A stretch of DNA of 64,000 nt, from NCBI RefSeq assembly GCF_963921235.1, contig NC_086118.1, positions 12,092,001 to 12,156,000 on the forward strand, read 5' to 3'. A model generated the notes under the pieces. The model searched no databases, was not told where the DNA came from, and worked only from the letters and a program-made list of their open reading frames with translations. The position numbers and the translations under genes were made by a program. Source of the stretch: Mobula hypostoma. Its lineage: Eukaryota. Positions 54,501-64,000 of the stretch are shown here, piece after piece. The first letter of the stretch is position 1. Each line of letters starts with the position of its first letter.

Positions 54501-57500
54501 GCCTCGTCCGGGACTCCAACCACAGCCACGGCACATCTCGTCCGGGACTCCAACCACAACCACGGCAACTCCTCGTCCGAGACTCCAACCTGGACCCCGG
54601 CAACACCTCATCCGGGACTCCAACCCGGACCCCGGCAACACCTCGTCCAGGATTCCAACCACAACCACGGCAACACCTCGTCCAGGACTCCAACCACAAC
54701 CATCGCAACGCCTCGTCCGGGACTCCAACCACAACCACGGCACATCTCGTCCGGGACTCCAACCACAACCACGGCAACTCCTCGTCCGAGACTCCAACCT
54801 GGACCCCGGCAACACCTCATCCGGGACTCCAACCCGGACCACGCAACACCTCGTCCGTGACTCCAACCTGGACCCTGGCAACACCTCGTCTGGGACTCCG
54901 ACCCGGCCCCGGCAGCACCTCATCTGGGACTCCAACCACGACCACGGCAACATCTCGTCCGGGACTCCAACCTGGACCCGGCAACACCTCGTCCAGGATT
55001 CCAACCACAACCACGGCAACACCTCGTCCAGGACTCCAACCACAACCACGGCAACACCTCGTCCAGGACTCCAACCACAACCACGGCAACACCTCGTCCA
55101 GGACTCCAACCTGGACCCCGGCAACACCTGGTCCGGGACTCCAACCATGAGCGCAGCAACGCCTCGTCCGGGACTCCAACCCGGACCCCGGCAACACCTC
55201 ATCTGGGACTCCAACCACAACCACGGCAACACCTCGTCTGGGACTCCAACCACAACCACGGCAACACCTCGTCCGGGACTCCAACCTGGACCCCGGCAAC
55301 AGCTCGTCCGGGACTCCAAACACGACCACGGCAACATCTCTTCCGGGACTCCAACCATGACCACGGCAACATCTCATCTGGGACTCCAACCACAACCATG
55401 TCAACACCTCATCCGTAACTCCAACCACAACCACGGAAACACCTCGTCCGGGACTCCAACCATGACCACGGCAACATTTCATCCGGGACTCCAACCACAA
55501 CCACGTCAACACCTCGTCCGGGACTCCAACCACAACCACGGCAACACCTCGTCCGGGACTCCAACCACGATCATGGCAACACCTCGTCCGGGACTGCAAC
55601 CATAAGCACGTCAACACCTCATCTGGGACCCCAACCATAAGCACATCAACACCTCGTCCGGGACTCCAACCCGGACCCCGACAACGCCTTGGCCGGGACT
55701 CCAATCCTGACCACGGCAACACCTCATCTGGGACTCCAACCCGGACCCTGGCAACACTCCGTCTGGGACTCCAACCCGGACCCCGGCAACACCTCGTCCG
55801 GGACTCCAACCGAGACCCTGGCAAAGCCTCGTCCGGGACTCCAACCCGGACCCCGGCAACACCTCGTCCGGGACTCCAACCCGGACCCCGGCCACACTTC
55901 GTCTGGGACTCCAACCCGGACCCCGGCAACACCTCATCTGGGACTCCAACCACAACCACGGCAACACCTCGTCCGGGACTCCAACCCGGACCCCGGCAAC
56001 ACTTCGTCTGGGACTCCAACCCGGACCCCGGCAACACCTCATCTGGGACTCCAACCACAACCACGGCAACACCTCGTCCGGAACTCCAACCTGGACCCCG
56101 GCAACAGCTCGTCCGGGACTCCAAACACGACCACGGCAACATCTCATCCGGGACTCCAACCATGACCACGGCAACATCTCATCTGGGACTCCAACCACAA
56201 CCATGTCAACACCTCGTCCGTAACTCCAACCACAACCACGGCAACACCTCGTCCGGGACTCCAACCATGACCACGGCAACATTTCATCCGGGACTCCAAC
56301 CACAACCACGTCAACACCTCGTCCGGGACTCCAACCACAACCACGGCAACACCTCGTCCGGGACTCCAACCACGATCATGGCAACACCTCGTCCGGGACT
56401 GCAACCATAAGCACGTCAACACCTCATCTGGGACCCCAACCATAAACACATCAACACCTCGTCCGGGACTCCAACCCGGACCCCGTCAACGCCTTGGCCG
56501 GGACTCCAATCCTGAGCACGGCAACACCTCATCTGGGACTCCAACCCGGACCCTGGCAACACTTCGTCTGGGACTCCAACCCGGACCCCGGCAACACCTC
56601 ATCCGGTACTCCAACCACAACCACGGCAACACCTCGTCCCGTACTCCAACCACAACCACGGCAACACCTCATCCGGGACTCCAACCTGGACCCCGGCAAC
56701 ACCTCGTGTGGGACTCCAACATGGACCCCGGCAACACCTTGTCCGGGACTCCAACCACGACCATTGCAACGCCTCGTCCGGGACTCCAACCACAACCACG
56801 GCACACCTCGTCCGGGACTCCAACCACAACCACGGCAACACCTCGTCCGGGACTCCAACCACGATCATGGCAACACCTCGTCCGGGACTGCAACCATAAG
56901 CACGTCAACACCTCATCTGGGACCCCAACCATAAACACATCAACACCTCGTCCGGGACTCCAACCCGGACCCCGACAACGCCTTGGCCGGGACTCCAATC
57001 CTGAGCACGGCAACACCTCATCTGGGACTCCAACCCGGACCCTGGCAACACTTCGTCTGGGACTCCAACCCGGACCCCGGCAACACCTCATCCGGTACTC
57101 CAACCACAACCACGGCAACACCTCGTCCCGTACTCCAACCACAACCACGGCAACACCTCATCCGGGACTCCAACCTGGACCCCGGCAACACCTCGTGTGG
57201 GACTCCAACATGGACCCCGGCAACACCTTGTCCGGGACTCCAACCACGACCATTGCAACGCCTCGTCCGGGACTCCAACCACAACCACGGCACATCTCGT
57301 CCGGGACTCCAACCACAACCACGGCAACTCCTCATCCGAGACTCCAACCTGGACCCCGGCAACACCTCATCCGGGACTCCAACCCGGACCCCGGCAACAC
57401 CTCGTCCAGGATTCCAACCACAACCACGGCAACACCTCGTCCAGGACTCCAACCACAACCATCGCAACGCCTCGTCCGGGACTCCAACCACAACCACGGC

Positions 57501-59180
57501 ACATCTCGTCCGGGACTCCAACCACAACCACGGCAACTCCTCGTCCGAGACTCCAACCTGGACCCCGGCAACACCTCATCCGGGACTCCAACCCGGACCA
57601 CGCAACACCTCGTCCGTGACTCCAACCTGGACCCTGGCAACACCTCGTCTGGGACTCCGACCCGGACCCCGGCAACACCTCATCTGGGACTCCAACCACG
57701 ACCACGGCAACATCTCGTCCGGGACTCCAACCTGGACCCGGCAACACCTCGTCCAGGATTCCAACCACAACCACGGCAACACCTCGTCCAGGACTCCAAC
57801 CACAACCACGGCAACACCTCGTCCAGGACTCCAACCACAACCACGGCAACACCTCGTCCGGGACTCCAAACTGGACCCCGGCAACACCTGGTCCGGGACT
57901 CCAACCATGAGCGCAGCAACGCCTCGTCCGGGACTCCAACCCGGACCCCGGCAACACCTCATCTAGGACTCCAACCACAACCACGGCAACACCTCGTCCG
58001 GGACTCCAACCTGGACCCCGGCAACAGCTCGTCCGGGACTCCAAACACGACCACGGCAACATCTCATCCGGGACTCCAACCATGACCACGGCAACATCTC
58101 ATCTGGGACTCCAACCACAACCATGTCAACACCTCGTCCGTAACTCCAACCACAACCACGGCAACACCTCGTCCGGGACTCCAACCATGACCACGGCAAC
58201 ATTTCATCCGGGACTCCAACCACAACCACGTCAACACCTCGTCCGGGACTCCAACCACAACCACGGCAACACCTCGTCCGGGACTCCAACCACGATCATG
58301 GCAACACCTCGTCCGGGACTGCAACCATAAGCACGTCAACACCTCATCTGGGACCCCAACCATAAGCATATCAACACCTCGTCCGGGACTCCAACCCGGA
58401 CCCCGACAACGCCTTGGCCGGGACTCCAATCCTGAGCACGGCAACACCTCATCTGGGACTCCAACCCGGACCCTGGCAACACTTCGTCTGGGACTCCAAC
58501 CCGGACCCCGGCAACACCTCGTCCGGTACTCCAACCACAACCACGGCAACACCTCGTCCCGTACTCCAACCACAACCACGGCAGCACCTCATCCGGGACT
58601 CCAACCTGGACCCCGGCAACACCTCGTGTGGGACTCCAACATGGACCCCGGCAACACCTTGTCCGGGACTCCAACCACGACCATCGCAACGCCTCGTCCG
58701 GGACTCCAACCACAACCACGGCACATCTCGTCCGGGACTCCAACCACAACCACGGCAACTCCTCGTCCAAGACTCCAACCTGGACCCCGGCAACACGTCA
58801 TCCGGGACTCCAACCCGGACCCCGGCAACACCTCGTCCGGGACTCCAACCACAACCACGGCAACACCTCATCCGGGGCTCCAACCTGGACCCTGGCAACA
58901 CGTCGTCCGGGACTCCAACCCGGACCCAGGCAATGCCTTGTCCGGGTCTCCAACCCGGACCCCGGCAACATCTCGTCCGAGACTCCAACCCAGACCCCGG
59001 TAGCACCTCGTCCGGGACTCCAACCCAGACCCCAGCAACACCTCGTCCGGGACTCCAACCCAGACCCCAGCAACACCTCGTCCGGGACTCCAACCACAAC
59101 CATGGCAACACCTCGTCCGAGACTCCAACCCGGACCTGTGGCAACACCACGTGCGGAATCCAACCCAGGCCATGGCAACC
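45590..59180. repeat. 35-bp minisatellite array, about 390 units, GC/CpG-rich
   Basis: Consensus ggcaacacctcgtccgggactccaacc plus a variable 8-mer (cggacccc, tggacccc, acaaccac, atgaccac, atgagcac, gagacccc); degenerate units at both edges. Confidence 0.98.
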
Positions 59181-59397
59181 TTGACTTTTAGTTAATGCTA
59201 CAGCTTTTCTGTGTCGGTGACTAAGATGGCAGACCTTGACTACTGCACACGGAAGGAAATCTGTGTTCCGGCAGCAGACTCTGTCCCTTGCTCAAATATG
59301 AGCAGCCTAGGATTTAGGACTAATCTGTTACTGGGACTAAATTTGTTTCTCTTGTATATCAAAGTCAAGGTTTCGCCATCTCATGGAAGCAAATAAC

Positions 59398-59760
59398 TGT
59401 CATCACTGATAATAAATAAATAAATAAACTGGGCCTCAACACATACCTCTTATGACTCAAACATCCTTTTTATTTTACTTGTGCAAAAGGAGAACGACAT
59501 TGGCCCGTCACCAGCATTGTTCTGAAGCCAGGACAGAAAACTTGCTTTTTTATAACAGAAATGGCTTAACTATTATGGATATTGACCATTTGGTAAGTTG
59601 TATATGTTGAATTCCTTATTTGAAAGATCAATCACTATTCATAATAAGAGTGTTAAAGTCAATTGAAACTACAAGCGGACAGCCCATGATATTTTGAAGT
59701 TAGTAAAGACAATGGAGCCTTATTTATTATGTTTCACATCCTTCTGTTACCTCATCTACA
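59398..59760 (-). repeat. ERV 5' LTR
   Basis: tgtcatcactgataataaa...catctaca; homologous to 38938-39398; minus-strand TATAAA (59549-59554) lies upstream of AATAAA (59469-59474), consistent with U3-R-U5. Confidence 0.85.
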
Positions 59761-60624
59761 CTCAGACAAACCACGTGCTTATTTCCACCAGTCAGAAACT
59801 CATGATCACTTGCGGCGGGGTTACATTTAAATTGCAACACCAGCCATACACTTTGTTTCCATCTTTCCCATTGCCTACATTCAGATGCCTGACCATAGCC
59901 CAACATGAATGACTTGAATCACATTTGTAAAACATGTTTTGCAGATCTGTTTATTCTTGGACACTGTGTTTAAATAGTCTGATAATAATGTAAAAATTAA
60001 CTTCTGCAAGCAGGTATAGGGAATTTACTACAGCCCTATTTTAATCAACCCTTTTTTTCTTGGTTGCCAAATCCACTACAGTTACTAGGCAATCCAAGTG
60101 AAACAGATTGATTGGGGTTGTAAACCCCGATGTGTAGTGCATCTTATTCTCTAAATTGGAAGTTAGTCATTGAGGAGGCATTCTCTGCTGTCAATATTAA
60201 AACCACTGACTTGAGCACATCCAACAGCAACAAGATGGATGTTGGGAGCTGTAATGACTTCCAGATGTCTTTGCAGTAGGTTAAACACAGCTTGTTGTAC
60301 TTTTACTTTCATGCCACATCCATCAAGCTGGAAGCAGCAGTGGGAGATGACGATGAAAAAATCAGTAAACATTCATTTTAAAATTTCCAGGCATTCCAAC
60401 TGGTTTCCTTTAAGTACAGGCTTACACCCTACCGGGAAAAGAGATCTGCATGAAGCTTGTTATCTCTGAATGAAGAGATGTGTGACTTGTTTATTTCCTC
60501 CTGGTCCTGCGCTTAAACCTGTCCTTTGAAGGCAATCACTGCAGTTCAGTTTAGCTATCAACTCTGCCTTTTTCAAGGTCACTTTACATGAATTTTCTTT
60601 GGGAGAGAAAGGCGGATGGTGTGG

Positions 60625-61175
60625 AGGTTGAGCACTTCCACACCATCTGCCGCATGCAGGATTTCCCGGCAGCCAGACATTTAAATTCCTATTCCCATTC
60701 CCATTCCAACATGTCAGTCATGGCCTCCTCTTGTGCTAAGGTGAGGCCACCCACAGGGTGGAGGAGCAACACCTTATATTCTCTCTGTTGCCCTCCCACC
60801 TGATGGCATGAATATCGATTTCTCCTTTCGGTGAACAAATACCGCCCCCCTTTCCTTTATTCCCCACTCTGACCTTTTACTCCTTCTCACCTCCTTATTA
60901 CTTCCCACGGGTCCCCTTCTCGTTCCATTTCTCCTATGGTCCACTCTCCTCTCCTATCAGATTCCTTCTTCTCCAGCCCTTGACTTTCTGACCCACCTGG
61001 CTTCACCTATCACCTTCCAGGTAGCCTCCTTCCCCTCCCCGCTCCTTTTTATTCTGGCACCTTCCTGCTTCCTTCTCAGTCCTGAAGAAGGGTCTTGGCC
61101 TGAAATGTCGACTATCTGTTCATTTCCATTGATACGCCAGCATTTTGCATGTGTTGCTTGGGATTTCCAAACTCT
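60625..61175 (+). mobile_element. PLE 3' end: GIY-YIG C-terminus plus terminal repeat
   Basis: EHFHTICRMQDFPAARHLNSYSHSHSNMSV..HRVEEQHLIF..PDGMNIDFS; pyrimidine-rich UTR; hammerhead motif. Confidence 0.8.
61078..61113 (+). ncRNA. Minimal hammerhead ribozyme motif, partly decayed
   Basis: AGUC-CUGAAGA-A-GGGUcuugGCCU-GAAAU-GUC-GACU; core and stem I intact, stem II and III carry CpG-type substitutions. Confidence 0.55.
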
Positions 61176-62889
61176 CTCACGTTTAAGGTGTTTTTCTCCC
61201 TGTTTAAGGAGCATTTTCTTCCCATGAACATAAATTACTTTCCATGTAGTTCATGAACTATCAATATACTCCTTATTATATTATTTATTAGTTTATTGTA
61301 TCTTGTAGCTATAAATTGGTATATTATTGTCAAATGTATCAAGATACAGTGAAAAGCTTTCAGACAGATCATTCCATATATAAATACATCCAGTTGTATA
61401 TTTAAAAAAAAACACTACAGAATATAATGTTACAGTTGCAGAGAGAGCATTATAGGTAGACAAATAATTATGGTAGATTGAGGGATCAAACATTTATCTT
61501 TATCATAGGGAAGATCTATTCAAGAGTCTAAATCGGCAGGACAGAAACCATCTTTGAACTGGGAGGTACATGTTCTCAAGCTTTAATATCTTCTGCCTGA
61601 AGGGAAGGGGGGAAAGAAAAAATAATGAGAAACTAGAAATTCATAGCAAGCCAGTCAGCATCTTATTAGCTTATGCATGTTTGGTGACTTGGGGAGGTGG
61701 AGGAGTGCAGCAGCAATTTTAATATGGCATACTCAGGTGTGTATCCCCACAAGATAGAATGCAACAATATGTTTACTGTGCCACGCTACTGTTAATTGCT
61801 GTTAAATTGGCTGGATGGAACAAATTCTGGCAAGAATTGTGGCTGAAATCCATTTACTTTATCTTTCTTCTGCATGATGGCCAAGAGACTTTCTGTGCAT
61901 CCCCACTTTTATGGCTGAAAATCAAGCATATCATTGAACTGTTGCTAAGTGGTTGTTTTCATTCGATCTCTCAACTTAAATGCTGCTATTGGGAACATGC
62001 ACTCCAAGAAGTGCCAAGTCACCCATATGAAGAGCTGGATCTGTCACAGAAAAGGTGGCTAAACTTTTAATGCACACACCTGGACATACAATTAACATGG
62101 TACCTGTGAACAGTAAGTAGCTACTACATTGTATTGTGCCCTTGTTACGACCAAGAAAACTTGCACCCTTTGTAACTAACTGAATTGTAGAGATCCTCCA
62201 GTGGCAATCAGTAATAAGATCACATTATTTTCAAATAAATAGGGGTAAATTTGTCATCTTCTACTCAGAAGTAAAACTTCCTGGTCTTCAACGATCTCAC
62301 TTCTCATTTTATTGTTCCTTCTTTCTCCCACCGATACATTCCCTTTTCCACTTTTCTCTTCCTGTATCCATAGTTTCACTTCAAGCTTGATAAATTTTTA
62401 TAGCTATACTTTATATTATGCCCCCTTTTTTTGAAGATGTGGTATCTGCTCTTCAGGCAAGGTTCTCACAAGAGTGGAAGACCAAAGTTATCTGATTGAT
62501 GTGTTTAAAATAACAGATAAACTATCTAGTGCTGCTAGAGAGAATGCTGGTTGGGGTATGGAATAATGGATAATTGGTCCAAGGTGAAAAATAGTGTCAG
62601 GCCAGTTTGGAAGCCCAAGGAGAGACAAAAAAAAATTGCCCTTGAAAAGCTATAGAAGCTTGGGACAAAAGCGCTATGAAGATTGAAATGGACAGATAGT
62701 GGTTGCTTAAAGAAATTGAAGAGTATTGAGTGTGGGGTGTTAAGATCAGCTTATTTATGATCTAATCAAAGCGCTGATCGAGCTCTTCCTGTTATTTACT
62801 CACTCCTTTAAAAAGTGCTACAAGTTAGAAATGTGGAATCTTGGGAAGAGGGGTGAGAGATCTTCCCCTAGTTCTTCCCATCGTGAAAA

Positions 62890-63305
62890 GCTGAAGAAAT
62901 TAGTTCCATATTCCTTGGAACTTGGAAAATGAGGTGCGATCTTATTGAAAAACAGGAGATTCTCGACGGGCAGAACAGGATAGATACTGTGATGCTTTCT
63001 CCAGTGACAGAAATATAAATGAAAGGTATATTTACAACATTAAGGGACAGTCATTTAAAAATTGTGCATCTGCAACAACTTCTAGAAGCTCTGGAATCCT
63101 TATCCCGCACACTTGTGGAAGATGGATTATTTGGGATATTTAAAGAAGATGTAGGTACTTTTTTGAAAGATTAGGGAATTAAGGGCAATGGGGAATTGGC
63201 ATAGAAGAACTGTTGAGGCCTGTGACAGATCTGTCATGATCATACTGATTGGTGGGGCAGGCCTGAGGCAACCACTGACCTACACCTGCATCTATTTTCT
63301 TATTT
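62890..63305 (+). mobile_element. Old CR1 LINE 3' fragment
   Basis: LKKL..YSLEL.KMRCDLIE-like translation; gatatttaaagaagatgtaggtac and 3' UTR similar to other CR1 copies. Confidence 0.55.
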
Positions 63306-64000
63306 TGTCATATTTTAGTTACAACTTCACTGTTGTGTAGCTTCAATCCATCTTCAGTGCTCTTCTTGTCACATCTAGTCATCTTCAGTTTTGAAATATT
63401 TTTCTTGACTCTTGCTTCAACACCATTTGTGGGAAGAGAGTCCCAATATTTCTTCTACATTTGTAGGATCTGCTTTCTGGCCTCTCTCTTAAATAGTTCA
63501 TCTCCATTTATGCTCTAGTTCTGGGTTCAAAAACCAGAGGAAACAATTTCTCTCCTTTTTCTTAAATACCTCAATAGATCATGTCTTAATCTTCTGCATT
63601 TGAGGAGAACAAATCAATGGAACCTGCCCTCCTTTAGCCCCCAAACAACTCTGGTGAATGTACACTTAACCTTTTCCACTGCACATACTAACAACCACAC
63701 CCATGAAGGATAAATTATCCCTCCTGAGAGGCAATGCTCAGCACTGAAGCAACATACTAAAATACTAATAGCTGGAATGTGTTATTCTAATTCTACTTCT
63801 GGCGTTGCACCCTTTTAAGATAAAGGCAAGAAATCCTTAATATAAATAGGACTTTCTTCACTGCAAGCAATGGGCAAAATCTTTCTTTCTGAGGCATAAT
63901 GACTTGTGAAAGCTGATTTCTGATACTGATAAAATGACACATTGTCCAGATTATGTTGCTATTCATATTGCTCTGTTCAAGGCTACAAAAACAATACAGA

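Larger units (their letters stand above)
38938..59760 (-). mobile_element. Degenerate class I (gamma/epsilon-like) ERV, LTR to LTR, with nested insertions
   Basis: Two homologous LTRs in direct orientation enclose minus-strand RNase H, integrase and env-like remnants in retroviral order. Confidence 0.85.

Noticed and set aside
45590..59180. CRISPR array (constant ~27-bp repeat plus variable spacer)
   Set aside because: The variable part is only 8 bp, drawn from a few recurring alleles; there are no unique spacers or cas genes, and the context is vertebrate
45590..59180. Array of functional tRNA genes, or functional PBSs for this ERV
   Set aside because: No D-arm, anticodon arm or A box; the PBS-like reading lacks the TGG start and lies on the + strand, opposite to ERV sense
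45389..59191. Mucin-like or Pro/Thr-rich protein gene
   Set aside because: All six frames are equally open, the 35-bp period is not in frame, and 33/34-bp units shift frame freely; no exon or signal-peptide evidence
38930..59768. TSD flanking the ERV
   Set aside because: Left flank gtgatat and right flank ctcagac do not match; any TSD is decayed or the LTR ends are slightly misplaced

Overview
Vertebrate non-coding, transposon-rich DNA. The repeat families suggest a cartilaginous fish, probably a ray or skate (inference). I recognise no host protein-coding exon. Bases 1-38.9 kb hold decayed Rex1/Babar and CR1 LINE fragments, V-type tRNA-SINEs, an RTE-type SINE, Tc1/mariner MITEs and many Penelope-like element (PLE) 3' ends carrying minimal hammerhead ribozyme motifs. 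AT-rich, repeat-free blocks between them may be conserved enhancers. Bases 38,938-59,760 form one old, minus-strand class I (gamma/epsilon-like) endogenous retrovirus (ERV). It has two diverged ~365-bp LTRs and remnants of env, integrase and RNase H. Nested inside are two PLE fragments, a young CR1 LINE with an almost complete ORF2, and a 13.6-kb array of about 390 copies of a 35-bp unit just downstream of the 5' LTR. The unit carries a 7-bp-stem/7-nt-loop hairpin that closely resembles the T-arm and 3' acceptor strand of tRNA-Pro, and on the + strand it repeats the core of the retroviral Pro primer-binding site (PBS). The array has a variant-repeat code and kb-scale higher-order duplications. 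All family assignments come from motif recognition by eye; no searches were run.
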